DNA of 64,000 nt. Source: Malacoraja senta. Its lineage: Eukaryota. The notes beneath the pieces were generated by a model. It was not told where the DNA came from and made no database searches. It was given only the letters and a program-made list of their open reading frames with translations. The stretch is from the NCBI GenBank assembly GCA_038087875.1, contig CM075991.1:13270001-13334000 (forward strand). The letters are read 5' to 3'. This document shows, in pieces, positions 36,822-49,578 of this stretch; position 1 is the stretch's first letter, and every line of letters begins with the position of its first letter. The position numbers and the translations under genes were made by a program.

Positions 36822-37273
36822 GTAGGCCATGCGATTGATATGTGTTTCATCGCATAAATACTTTTGTATTAGGATAAGTATGTATAAAGTCTGGTTCACT
36901 CATTTTTATGTAGATGTTTTTATCTATCTTGATCTAAACTGCTCCATGTGATTTTTTTTTTCTCAAACTTGTATTTCGATAGCATTATGCAAGGAGTGTT
37001 TAAGTGGTTTTTCATTGAGGATGATGATGAAAAATAGAAGAGCAAAAAACTGGAGATACTCAATGGGTCAGGCAGCATCTGGGAAAGAGAATTATTGATG
37101 CTTTTGGTTGATGACATTTCATCAGTTGGCAAAAATTAAGGGGAATCATAGGCTATATAAGGGATTTTTATGAACCCGGGTACTGCGAGGCAGAAATAAT
37201 TCAACAAACAATTCCAGATGGCAGGAGCTTAATGGCTGCTTGCCAACAGACTCTTAGGAGCAACCATTGTTTC

Positions 37274-37322
<49 letters not shown>

Positions 37323-37524
37323 CACTTTTTATACTGAGTGTGAGATATCTAGATTATTTCAATAGAGGACAAAATGTCAACATTGTAAAGACTAGTACAT
37401 GGATAGGGTTGGTTTTTGGGGGTATGGGCCAGACACAGGCAGGTGGGTCTGGTGTAGATGGGGCATAGTGGTCGGTGTGGTCATGTTGGGCCAAACAGTC
37501 AGTTTCCACGCTTTAAGACTAAAG

Positions 37525-38007
37525 GGACATAGAAAATAGGTGCAGGAGTAGGCCATTCGGCCCTTCGAGCCTGCACCGACCGCCATTCGATATGATCATG
37601 GCTGATCATCCAACTCAGTATCCTGTACCTGCTTTCTCTCCATACCCCCTGATCCCTTTAGCCACAAGGGCCACATCTAACTCCCTCTTAAATATAGCAA
37701 ATGAACTGGCCTCAACTACCTTCTGTGGCAGAGAATTCCAGAGATTCACCACTCTGTGTGAAAAATGTTTTCCTCATCTCGGTCCTAAAAGATTTCCCCC
37801 TTATCCTTAAACTGTGACCCCCTTATTCTGGACTTCCCCAACATCTAGAACAATCTTCCTGCATCTAGCCTGTCCAACCCCGTAAGAATTTTGTACATTT
37901 CTATAAGATCCCCCCTCAATCTTCTAAATTCTAGCGAGTACAAACCGAGTCTATCCAGTCTTTCTTCATATGAAAGTCCTGACATCCCAGGAATCAGTCT
38001 GGTGAAC
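37525..38007 (-). mobile_element. CR1 LINE 3' fragment in H2AZ2 intron 3
   Basis: FTRLIPGMSGLSYEERLDRLGLYSLEFRRLRG and the CR1 3' UTR. Confidence 0.88.
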
Positions 38008-38326
38008 GATGGGGAGGGATCTGAATGGAGAATTCCAGATCTGAAATCTAGTGACTGAAAGCAAAATAGTTTGTGCACAGATGCAGCTTTGATATGAGGC
38101 TAGAAAAGATTTGGAAACATGATTCACTGTGGCATGGAGAGAGTGGAATTTGAAGAGATTGAGTGCCCGGTGTTGGGTTTTTTCTTTCCATTCCAGCCCT
38201 TCCAAAAAGTGAAAATTTCACAATGTTGGATTGTTTTAACATATTCACCGTAACATTAACAAAGAGCTGAAAATTGTTTAATTTGTATCTTCAAAAGTTA
38301 GATAGAATTTTGTTGATATTCTCCAG

Positions 38327-38456
38327 GTGTTGGAGTTGGCAGGAAATGCATCGAAGGATCTGAAAGTAAAGCGCATTACGCCACGTCACTTGCAGTTGGC
38401 CATCCGAGGTGATGAAGAGCTGGATTCACTGATCAAGGCAACCATTGCTGGTGGTG
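38327..38456 (+). CDS. H2AZ2: Histone H2A.Z.2, exon 4 ([43 protein letters not shown])
   Basis: Acceptor ctccAG and donor GTatgt; 130 nt; H2A.Z histone-fold sequence. Confidence 0.97.
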
Positions 38457-39829
38457 GTATGTATTGATGCAACAGTCATTGTTCTTCATGCAAGCAATCG
38501 TTTGTCAGAATAAGAATGGGAAGGGCATTTGATTTGCATAAACCATTGCTTCCTAGATTAATGGTATAGTTTGTAAGTGTAAATGAATGTAAAAAGCTGC
38601 TAGTACAACTTGATGGCAGGAGCTTAATGGCTGCTTGCCAATAGACAAGGGTACGTGCTCTTAAGATCTGTTAGCTTGGTTGGGAGAATTGACAAGGTGG
38701 TGCACACTGCATACTTTGAAGCCATTACCCGACTCTTACCTTTGCATTGTATTAGACAAGATATTAGTTCTGCTGTTTATTTTAAGATATTGTCTGCCGT
38801 GTTGGAATTATTAGGGTTGGTGAGGGTAATTTTTTGAATCCATTGCTTGGCTTCGTGTTGATCAAATGGAAGAATATTATTTAAAAAGCATTCTGCACTT
38901 AAGGGGCCCTTATTATATACTCTTTAAAGTAGATGCCCTATTGCTCTTGAACTGGCCTCCAATGTGAATTCAGCTTTTGGTTTTCATACAACTGCAAGTG
39001 AGGTGTCCGGCGTCCTTCAACTGGAAGCTTTGGCGCTTACGCATACAAGCAGTGTGCCATGCTCTTTTGGATAGATCTTATTTAGAGCATATCTCATCTA
39101 CTGGATATTGTTCAATTGAAGTTTTGGGGGTTGAAAAAGTATTCGAAATTTGAAGTGCCAGGATTTATCTTGGTGCTGAAAGAACAAAGTTGTATCATTA
39201 GATCAGCTTATTGATTGTAGCAGTTGAAAGACTCCTGACTACAGCTCATTCACAGGACATAAAAATCATTGGTATGGTCGGTTGATTGCCAATTCCTAGC
39301 TGTTGCGGAACTGAAATAGTCAAGTCAAGCTTGTCATGTGCACAAGCATGTTGAGGTACAACTGAAAAACTTGCAGCAGCAACCTCATAAGTACTCAATC
39401 TCGGGCTACACAGAAAAATATAACTTGTAGATAAGTAACATGAAATTAGTACAGTTGTTAAAAATTAGTTAAGACGAAAGACATTGGTGGATTGTGTCTT
39501 GTAGGCTAGCCTGTGATTTTTTAATGGTCAACATTTACACCTTTTATTACAGACATTAACTGAACTAAATGTCACATTGCAATTGGTGGGTTTGGAATAT
39601 CTCTAAAGATCCAGGCCTCTGTGTGCTCATCCAAAAATGTAATATGGGTACAATACTAATAGCTCTGAATCTGGACCTTTGACTCGTCGGTCGGAGCAGT
39701 GTGACCTCTATTTCTATATGTTCATCCATTTAGCATGCAAATAATAAATGCCCAAACCTTTGTGCTGGAGCAGAAGTTCTCAGGCTGAAACTGTTGCTGG
39801 TGTTTCTATCCATGTCACATAGAGCTAGC

Positions 39830-40880
39830 CAATTGGATTCAAAATTGACATGGGGGGGAGTGATCATGGGTCCTTTGGAGGATTGTTTATCTCATTGGAT
39901 GTCTGATTAGTGATGTGCTGCAGGGGTTAGTCCTGTCCACTGTTTGTTGTCTGCATTAATGATTTGGATGACAATGTTGTTAACATTGCATGTAGATTTG
40001 TAGGTGATGCCAAAATTGGCGGTATAGTGGTTAGTGAGGAAAGATATTTAAGTCTACAGCAGGATCTAGATCAGTTGGGAAGTTGTGCCAAGGAAAGGCA
40101 AATATAATTTAACTCTGACAAGTATGAGGTGATACACTTGAGTATGTCAAACCAGACCAGGCATTGTACAATAAAAGGTAAAACCCTGGAGTGGTTCTCA
40201 AGAGATTTGGGAGTACAGGTACATGGTTCTCTGAAAGTTGTGATTCGGGTGGGCAGGAAGGTGAATACGGTTAGATACTTTTTATAGGGAAGGATAATGT
40301 GTACAAACATTGGGATATCATGATACAGCTGTACAAGATGTTGGTGTTACCACATTGGAATACTGTTTACGGTTCTCATTACTTGGCAACAAGAAGGATG
40401 TCATTAAGTTGGAAAGGGTGCAAAGGGACATTAACCAGGGTGTTAATCTAAACTTGTGCTAGAGTTGTAGGGATAGACTGGAACTTGTTTGTTGACCCGT
40501 AGGAGCCTATGGGGTGATCTTATTGAAGTATACAAGATTATGAGGAGCTAAATGATAAAGCAAACGCTGGCTTTTATCATTGTACCGCTGCTGGCAAATT
40601 AATTTCACTTGTACTTTATGTGCAATGTGATGAATAAAACTATTGTAAAGCAGAAGATTCTAAAACTGCGGGAATAGGCTTGAGGGGAGGGATTAAAGAA
40701 AACCTTGGTAGTATCTCCTTCACTCAGAAGGTAGTCTGAATCTGGAATAAACTCCCCGATTAAGCTATTGAAGCAGATACAGTTACAACTTTCAAAAGAG
40801 ATTTGGATGTAGGGATTGGAAGGGTGTGGGCCAAATGCAGGCAAATGGGCCAAGCCCAGTATGTCAACTTGGTTGCATGC
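39830..40880 (+). mobile_element. Old degenerate CR1 in H2AZ2 intron 4
   Basis: Remnants of INDLDDNV, AKIGG and KYEVIHL motifs. Confidence 0.65.
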
Positions 40881-41430
40881 CCTTTGTCTCTTGCACATTA
40901 ACACCTGATCTCTCCAAATACAAATTGTCACTGCTTCCCCATAATTTGATTCCCATTCCTTCTTTAGCCCTTTGCACCTAAAAATTAAATCTTGCAAATA
41001 ACATTTGTACAATTTCTATAACTGCTTTGCTGGGGTTTGGTTTTGCACTGGTTGTTGGAGAGAAGTGTCGGAAAAACGTCAATTCTACTGATTTATCCCT
41101 ATAACGAGGACAAAATTAAGCAATTCAAGGAACCCTTCGAATCAAGTAGTCCCATTTTTGTACGTCATAGCACTGTAGTGAATCTATACTGTTTCTTGGA
41201 GCATTCCCATCAGTCTTGTTCCCTCATCTATTCTGTTGTTTGCCCATCAACTCTACTCTTGCTGCTCCCCATTCTCCAGACACCCACCTACACTGTTCAG
41301 TGTCCAATTTTTACTGCGATACATTGGGCTGGTATCTCAAGGATGGACAGACCATTTTCAATTAAGTGCAGTTCATAAAGTAGTTGCATTAAGCTGCTGC
41401 ATTTGTATGTTATTTTGTTTTCTGTTACAG

Positions 41431-41492
41431 GTGTGATCCCTCACATTCACAAGTCTCTGATTGGAAAGAAGGGCCAGCAGAAAACTGCATAA
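41431..41492 (+). CDS. H2AZ2: Histone H2A.Z.2, exon 5 coding part ([20 protein letters not shown])
   Basis: Acceptor tgttacAG; ends TAA at 41490-41492; C-terminal Ala diagnostic of Z.2. Exons sum to 3+78+114+130+62 = 387 nt = 128 aa plus stop. Confidence 0.97.
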
Positions 41493-41751
41493 AGCTCAGT
41501 TTTGAACCTACCCTCTTCCTCCCTGCTGTCGTACTGTAATTTGGACAGAAGAAACCTGGGGATACTTGGCATATTTTTTTTTAAAAGAGTAGTTAAAATG
41601 AAATGGGAGTTTTAGCAAATAAATTTAGTGTTCAATATAATCTGAAAGATCTGTTTGTATGTCCTACAGTTTAGATTTGAAGCTGTAAGAAAATATAACA
41701 AGAAAATACAGCTGTTCGTCAACAACTAGGTTACATAAGTGTGTTTTATAC

Positions 41752-41757
41752 AATAAA
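41752..41757 (+). terminator. Likely polyadenylation signal of H2AZ2 (AATAAA; another at 41618-41623)
   Basis: AATAAA about 260 nt after the stop, followed by a GT-rich tract near 41788-41805. Confidence 0.6.
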
Positions 41758-41982
41758 ACAATTCATAAAACCATTTTATAAAAATATTGTGTTTGCTGTG
41801 TCTTCTTTCAAAAGATTATTGAAGTTGTGTAAACCAATGTGGGTTGTCCAATTGTTCTCAATTAATATTTTCTATTCCTTTGGTTGGTAAACTAAACAAT
41901 GGGCTTTTTCCTTTCTGGTTTCTTCCCCTTTTATCATATTTGGAGATGCATGCCCCTGATAACTAGATGTATCATATTCATG

Positions 41983-42580
41983 TGTGGGAAAGAACTGCAG
42001 ATGCTGGTTTAAATCGAAGGTAGACACAAAATGCTGGAGTAACTCAGTGGGACAAGCAGCATCTCTGGAGCGAAGGAATGGATGACGTTTCGGGTCGAGA
42101 CCCTTCTTCAAACTAATGTCGGGAGTGGGCGGGACAGAGATAGAATGTAGTCGGAGACAGTAAGACTGATGGGAAAAATGGGAAGGGGGAGGGGGTGAAG
42201 AGAGAGGTAAAGCAAGGGCTATTTGAAGTTAGATAAGTCAATGTTCATACCACTGTGGTGTAAGTTACCCAAGCGAAATATGAGGTGCTGTTCCTCCAAT
42301 TTGCACTGGGCCTCACTCTGACAATGGAGGAGGCCCAGGTCGGATTGGGAATGGGAGGCGGAGGGGGAGTTAAAGTGCTGAGCAACCGGGAAATCAGGTA
42401 AGTTAAGGCGGACTGAGTGGAGGAGTTCAGCGAAACGGTCGGCAAGCCTGTCTTGGTCTTGCCGATGTACAGAAGTTGGCAGGTGTTGCATCTCCTGCGG
42501 TTGCCGGGGAAAGTACCTGGGGAGGGGGTGGGAAGGGAGGAGTTGCTGAGGGAACGGTCTCTGGAAAGCAGAAATGGGTA
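41983..42580 (-). mobile_element. Penelope-like element 3' part (GIY-YIG endonuclease C-terminus plus pLTR)
   Basis: RLADRFAELL...PVAQHFNS...RKLEEQHLIFRLG-like and GMNIDLSNF peptides. Confidence 0.8.
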
Positions 42581-44933
42581 GATAACAAGTCAATGTCCCT
42601 TCATTTTTGGTTTCTTGAGCATGTATGTAAAGGTAAAATAATTTAACCATTGAGTGGTGCCAGTATTGTGTGTTAGTAGGAGTAGTCTGGGTTATAAAAG
42701 TACTGATTTATGAATTTTTTACTATTGAAGTTACTAAATTAATTTTGAATACAGATTATAAAACAAGTTAACCTTTCCTAACTTTATAGCACTGCTTCAA
42801 ACGTGAGTCTGAGGCAAATCAAGTGATTTAAAGTGAGCTGGTGCAGTTAGAGTCGGACCTTCATGCTGCCAAGGTTGAGTATTTCTAGGGGGGAATTGGT
42901 GATTTGAGCTGATGTGCACTGTTTGGACAACTATCAGGATGGATTTACTGCCGGTTGTAGGCAGTCTTTAGTGGGTACTTCCTTGTGCATTTGGGAGACC
43001 AGTATGATGGATGGAAATGCATCTTCTGCCAGATGGAAACATGGTGTATCTGCCTGTCTTCTCTTTTTGCCCCAAACAGCAACAATTGGGGACTGGGGTG
43101 AAGGGAGTTGGGACAGCTGATTGGACACATTGGCTCACTGAGTCAATGAGGCTTACTGGCTCTCTTGTTACTGGTGTTTCTGTGATCCTTTCCCATATTT
43201 GATTTCCAACTAACAAAAATTCAGGTTACAAACATTTCTCAGGAATGGAACCCTTTTGCACACTGGACTTTGAATAGCAAGGGAGTCAGGTTATGAGGAG
43301 AATGGGGTTGAGAGAAAAATAGATCAGCCATAATCTAACGGAGTAGATGTGATGGGCTGAATGGCCTGACTGCTCCTGTGTCATATGGACTTCCTGCATA
43401 TATTTTCCTGTAACTTGTAATTACTGAAATACTTGAAGTGTCAAGACATCTTTCAAAATTTAGTTAGGAAAATGTGGATTAGTTTGGCAGCAGATTTCTA
43501 GTTTAGGCTTTTGTTAGATTGAGAGTTTTATCTGCTTTTCTCCTGAGCAATCGAGTCATCCATGCAATTTTAATGTTCATTCTCAGCTTATGTTTCCATA
43601 AATATGCTTAACAGTTTGAGCATGTTTGCTAAAATACACTGAGTTAAAAATTGACAACACTTAAAAATAAGCTTTACAATAGACAACTTTCATAAATATG
43701 TATTTGGCGACAGTTACAGAAGAATTGTCAAAAACAGAAATTGGAAAATTAAATGAGTCCTTGAAATGTTAAATTCAATTGAACAGCACCTGAAAGTACA
43801 TTTGATAGTTTTGCAGTTTTTATTTTAAGGAACGATACAGGAAAGAATTACTGAGAATAAAAGCGTACTATTGCCATTGAAAGGGGAGCCTCGTGATGCA
43901 TGTCATGAGTGCAGAATTGAGATGAAGGAATTTACTGATTGCGTAAGTAATTGTGCTAGGTTTGAATGTGAATATCAGTTTAGTTTATTATCGCATGTCT
44001 ACAGTGAAAAACTTTTGTTGCGTGCTAACCAACCAGCGGAAATACAATATGTACATGATTACATTTGCAGTGTATGGATACATGATAAGGGAATAACATT
44101 TAGTGCAAGGTAAAGTCCAATCAAAGATACTCTGAGGGTCACCAATGAGTAGAGGATTGCTCTCGTTGCAGTAGGATGGTTCAGAATCTTGTCAAGGCCC
44201 CATAGAATTTAGTGAGCATATAAGGGCAGAATGCAGCATTCCAAAAGTGCTGCAGTTTGAAGATGGAGGTTCATATGGCTGCCTCAAGAACCAATATCAT
44301 GACCCGATACTAATGGAAGGATTTATTACAATTAAAAAACTTCAATTGAGTACTTCCAGATTTGGTATCATCTGAAATTAAATTGCAATAGGAACTAGGG
44401 CTTTTGTAATTTTCACACCATTGCAACTTTCAAATGGTTGCCTATTTTCACTTTTCTGACCTAATGAATTAACTTGTTACACCTAAAAAGACATTTGGAC
44501 TTTATTTTATACCTGGTTAAGATTTTGTTAGGTACAACTTACTATTACAAGCTATTGGGTTGTAGTATGAAATGGGTTCTAATTCAGCATCGTGAATGAA
44601 AAATAAATGTCCCCATCTGTTATATTTACATTGGGAATACTTAAAATGAATTGCAAATCTAAGGAAGCTGGAACCAAATTTGCAGATTACAGAAAAACAA
44701 TTATTGGTCTGGGAAGAATGCAAACTGTTTCATAAGAGATAGGAGCATCTATTTTCCATCCTAATCACATTCTCCTGCCTTCTCCCCATAACCTCTGACA
44801 CCCAGACTAATCAAAACGCTATGTCATGAACCATGATAATGGTTCCCCATTATACAAGTGCAGGCTATTTTTCCTGATTTTTCTTTACTACAGCAGGATG
44901 AAGCAACCATTTGCCCTAGGAAATTATGATGTA

Positions 44934-45205
44934 GGGCAGCACAGTGGCACAGCGGTAGAGTTGCTGCCTAACAGCACCAGAGACCCAGGTTCGATCATGA
45001 CTGGGTGCTGTCTAAATGGAGTTTGTATGTTCTCCCTGTGACAGCATGAGTTTTCTCTGGGTGCTCCAAAGACGTGCAGGTTTGTCAGTTAATTGGCTTC
45101 TGTAAATTGTCCCTAGTGTGTAGGGTGGAACTAGTGTACAGGGGATGTTTGGTCTGCATGTATTCAGTGGGCTGAAGGGCATGTTTCCACGTTGCATCTC
45201 TGATA
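44934..45205 (+). mobile_element. tRNA-derived SINE (further copies near 11500, 47040-47275, 50107-50360, 52235-52475, 54180, 56590, 60775-61085)
   Basis: A-box-like GTGGCACAGCGGTAG and B-box-like GGTTCGATC head, central TGGAGTTTGTATGTTCTCCCTGTG core and a CR1-like tail. Confidence 0.75.
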
Positions 45206-47694
45206 TTGAAACAAACTTGTATTTGTCTTATTTCCTGAATCCATATGTTTTTTACACATTTATTATTTTTCCTCTGGTACAAATTGTCAATTCTGACATG
45301 CCAAATAGATTATTTTTTTGTGTCATCTGTGATAGGGCTATAGATGCCGAACTCTAATGATTTGCAAAATGTTGTGCATAAGATGATAGCATGATAAAGG
45401 GATATAGTGTGGAAAACAGACCATCAGTGCACTGAGTCTGCCAACTATCAAGCACTAATCATTTCTATTCTCTCAAATTTTCCACTAACTTATCTGCCAA
45501 CCTCATCTTGTGGGATTTTAACGACTTACCCATATATCAAGGGCCTTATTCACCAACCACTCCTATTTTGGGGATGTGTGAGGAGACTGGAACACCTGGA
45601 GCAAACGCACAATGGTGGTAGGAGTACCTGCAATACGCACATCAACCGCTCCATTATGATGTGCAGCTCGAATGTTGTTTCTTACCAATTACTGGTGTAT
45701 TCAAACAAATGGCCGGCTAGATCAACTTTAAACTGCCATTTGATATCTTGCAATCAATGCTCTGGTTTCAGGTAACCTCTACTCAATATAAGGGCATGTC
45801 AAGGTGTGGTCAGAACCGTGGTGTCAACCTTTATAAGGAAAAGCATTTTTGAAGCACAGGAGTGTCTAAAAAATAAAGAATTTATTTAAGAAGTTGGGTA
45901 CTTTTATTGAAACTGTTTTCTGAAGCTAAACAAAATCTTAAATTCACTGGGTGAAGTAAAGGTAAGATTGTTGCTGAATCTTTGGTCTCACTTTCTAACA
46001 AAGTGAGAATATTGGCCTCTGTATTTGCCTCGAGTTCATTCTGTTTAGTTTAAGACAGTACCCCCCAAACACAAATGCTTGTTCAAATGCCCTCACAGGT
46101 AGGACTGCTAATGCCTGTAAGGATGGTATGAGAAACTAGTGAGGTGAGAAGCTGAACAAAGACTCGAAAAGGAGATCTGAGAATGGGTGAGACAATTAGT
46201 TTGGTCCAGAAATTAAGCTTGGAGAAATGGTTTAGAAATATACTTAACTAAATTAGTTTGTGCCTGTTCCTGTCCCTTATCCATATAAACGTCACCTATC
46301 CATGTTCTCCAGAGATGCTACCTGACCCACTGAGTTATGCCAGCGCTCTGTCCTTTTATGTATTAACCAGCATCTGCAGTTCTTTGTTTTTACAAGAGGA
46401 CTGTGGGGTGTTTTTTGAACTAGTATTGGGGTTATTAATTTGTTGCATTTTTGTGATATTATCTAAATGTATTGTGTTTACAGGTGCGTTATGCTGTTGC
46501 AAGTAAATTGTTAGTACATAAGACAATTAAACACCCTTGACCTGTTAAAGCCCAAGGTCCATCAGATCTGACCGCTACTTCCAGTGACCAGCAGGTGTCA
46601 GGTTTTACCACGATATACACACCTCTATATATACCCTTCTTGCCTCCGTCCTTTCCAAGTCCTTTGCCCAAAGCTACTCTAGTATCTTTGCCTTTGCCTT
46701 TCTGCTGACAGATTTCAGTCGGGAAGCCAAGGATCTGTGGACATTGTATGATTAAGGAATAAAATGAAGAATGGGATACAGAAACGGATCAAAGCAAAAA
46801 TTGCTTGCTATTTAAAGGGAAGTTAAGAAAAAAATGCAATATTAAAATAAAACACGAAATATTGGAGTAACTCAGCAGGGCAGGCAGTATCCCTGGAGAA
46901 CATGGATAGGTGACATTTCAGGTCGGGTCTCTTCAGTTGGAATCCTTCTGTGACTTGGATATGTTTAGTTCATTATTGTCATGTGTACTGAAGTACAGAC
47001 ATGTTGTCTACTCAAATCAGTTAATACTATTTTCATTTAATTTAGAGATACAGCGCCAACTATCGATCACACATACACTAGTTCTATCCTAAACACTAGG
47101 GACAATTTGTAGAATCCAATTAACTTACAAACCTGTACATCTTTGGAATGGGAGTAAACCGGAGCACCAGAAAACCCACGTGGTCACAGGGAGAATGTGC
47201 AAACCCCGTATAGACAACACCCATGGTTAGGATCGAACCCGGGTCTTTGGCGCTGTGAGGCAGCAACTTTACCGTTCATGGCAGATACCAAGAGCTGAGA
47301 AGTACAGAGGACGAGCAGGGTGAAATTAACAAAGCCAAGAGGGAGCAAGACGAAAAGAGAAAAGGGCACAATCAAGAACTTTGGTCCTCTCACTTTAAAC
47401 CTATGCCCTTTAGTGGTTGTTTTTTTCATCCTGGGAAAATGATTCTGACTGTCTACCCTATCTACACCTCTCATAATTCTATATACATACTGAACGTTAG
47501 ATACTGATGGAGGAGAAATCTAGGGACAGAGAGCTTGCAAAGGAATCTGAAGGGATTCCCCTACTCTGGGTAAGAGACTCTGCATTCACCATATCTATTC
47601 CCATCATGATCGTGTACACCTGTCTCTATAAGATCACCCCTCATCCTCCTACACCCCTCCCCTCCCCCAGAGTCCTGGAAATATCCTTGTAAAT

Positions 47695-48245
47695 ATGTTT
47701 AAGAAGGAACTGTAGATGCTGGAGAAACTCAGCGGGTGCAGCAGCATCTATGGAGTGAAGGAAATAGGCAACGTTTCGGGCCGAAACCCTTCTTCAGACT
47801 GATGGGGGGTGGGGAGAAGAAAGGAAAAGAAAAAAGGCGGAGGAGGAGCCCGAGGGCTGAGCGATGGGAGGAGACAGCCCGAGGGCTAAGGATGGGGAGG
47901 AGACAGCAAGGGCTAGCTAAATTGGGAGAATTCAATGTTCATGCCCCCAGGATGCAGACTACCCAAGTGGAATATGAGGTGCATTTCCTCCAATTTCCGG
48001 TGTTGCTCGCTCTGGCCATGGAGGAGACCCAGGACCGAGAGATCGGATACGGAATGGGAGGGGGAGTTGAAGTGCTGAGCCACCGGGAGGTCAGGTTGGT
48101 TATTGCGGACCGAACGGAGGTGTTCGGCGAAACGATCGCCAAGCTCCGCTTGGTCTCACCGATGTAGATCAGCTGACATCTAGAGCAGTGGATGCAATAG
48201 ATGAGGTTGGAGGAGATGCAGGTGAACCTCTGATGCACCTGGAAA
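47695..48245 (-). mobile_element. Penelope-like element 3' part (GIY-YIG plus pLTR)
   Basis: FTCISSNLIYCIHCSRCQLIYIGETKR is the GIY-YIG signature of PLEs. Confidence 0.85.
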
Positions 48246-48384
48246 TCTTCTCTGCACTCTTTACAGCTTTCTCCTCACAAATATTGCCTGGCCTACTGGG
48301 TTATTCCAGCACTTTGTTGCGGAGTTGTTGTGTTTGCCAGCCTGGGCCATTGGTCATGTCATGGGATAGGTGTGGGAGGCAGCC

Positions 48385-48700
48385 CCGAGCTCCAGCCCCA
48401 GTGCACCCCGCTCCAGGCCTCACCTCCAGAACTCACCTCCAGCCCCAGACCTCACCTCCAGCCCCAGACCTCATCTCCAGACCCCACTTCCAGACCCCAG
48501 GCCTCACCTCCAGCCCCAGGCCTCACCTCCAGCCCCAGTGAACCCCGCTCCAGGCCTCACCTCCAGCTGACCCCACTTTCCAGCCCCAGGCCTCACCTCC
48601 AGCCCCAGGCCTCACCTCCAGCCCCAGACCTCGTCTCCAGACCCCACATCCAGCCCCAGGCCTCACCTCTAGCCCCAGACCTCACCTCCAGCCCCAGGCC
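48385..48700. repeat. Minisatellite, ~20-bp unit GGCCTCACCTCCAGCCCCAG
   Basis: Direct tandem copies visible in the sequence. Confidence 0.9.
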
Positions 48701-48739
48701 GGAGCCTTAGTCCCTAGGCCAGCCCCCCTCCTTGCTTCT

Positions 48740-49030
48740 CTCACAAAATGGCCGCCGCGCCGCCATTTCGCGTCCTGGTTTAACGCTGAACCCGGGCCCC
48801 GGCACCAACTGTGGCGCCGGTAGCGGCCCGCTCTTCACCTTCAGAAGCAAAGCTCCGATCCTGGAGACGTAGTTTGAACCTTAAACCCTGGACCGGGTGC
48901 GGGAGACGCCCCGAGCCGGTGTCCCCGGAACAACACTGCGCGGACTGGAGCCGGTAGGTCCTCGGGGATAACGGCTCCTTACCCGGGGTGCGAGGCGGTA
49001 GAGTCACGGTCCCCGGAGCCGCCTGGGCCT
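48740..49030. promoter_or_regulatory. Small orphan CpG island with paired YY1-like motifs
   Basis: High CpG density; AAAATGGCCGCC and GCCGCCATTT in opposite orientations at 48745-48768. Confidence 0.55.
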
Positions 49031-49051
49031 CACTGGATGGGGACAGAGTGG

Positions 49052-49578
49052 TGGGAGGTACAGGTGAGGGGCGCAGGGTGGGGAAGTACAGGTTCAGGGT
49101 GTGGAGGTACAGGTGAAGGGTGCGGAGGTACAGGTGAGGGTTGCAGGGTGCGGAGGTACAGGTGAGGGGTGCAGGGTGGGGAAGTACAGGTGAAGGGTGC
49201 AGGGTGGGGTACAGGTGAAGGGTGCAGGGTGGGGAGGTACAGGTGAAGGGTGCAGGGTGGGAAGTACAGGTGCAGGGTGCGGAGGTACAGGTGAGGGTTG
49301 CAGGGTGCGGAGGTACAGGTGAGGGGTGCAGGGTGGGGAAGTACAGGTGAAGGGTGCAGGGTGGGGAGGTACAGGTGAAGGGTGCAGGGTGGGGAGGTAC
49401 AGGTGAAGGGCGCAGGGTGGGGAAGTACAGGTGCAGGGTGCGGAGGTACAGGTGAAGGGTGCGGAGGTACAGGTGAGGGTTGCAGGGTGGGGAAGTACAG
49501 GTGAGGGGTGCAGGGTGGAGAGGTACAGGTGAGGGGTGCAGGGTGGGGACGTACAGGTGAGGGGTGCAGGGTGGGGAG
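49052..49578. repeat. Minisatellite, ~28-bp unit GTACAGGTGARGGGTGCAGGGTGGGGAR
   Basis: Direct tandem copies with 20-28 bp variants. Confidence 0.9.

Noticed and set aside
24717..41492. Assignment as H2A.Z.1 (H2AZ1)
   Set aside because: All three diagnostic residues (Ala14, Thr38, C-terminal Ala) are of the H2A.Z.2 type.
44934..45010. tRNA gene
   Set aside because: The A/B-box head continues into a SINE core and tail and is multi-copy in the window; no full cloverleaf.
46500..46640. Possible H/ACA snoRNA (ACAATT end on the minus strand)
   Set aside because: The motif lies in a LINE-type tail (GACAATTAAACAC...TTGAC); I could not identify a two-hairpin fold or H box.
46489..46671. GKGLGKDGGKK resembling the histone H4 tail
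   Set aside because: The similarity is limited to a few Gly/Lys residues and no histone fold follows.
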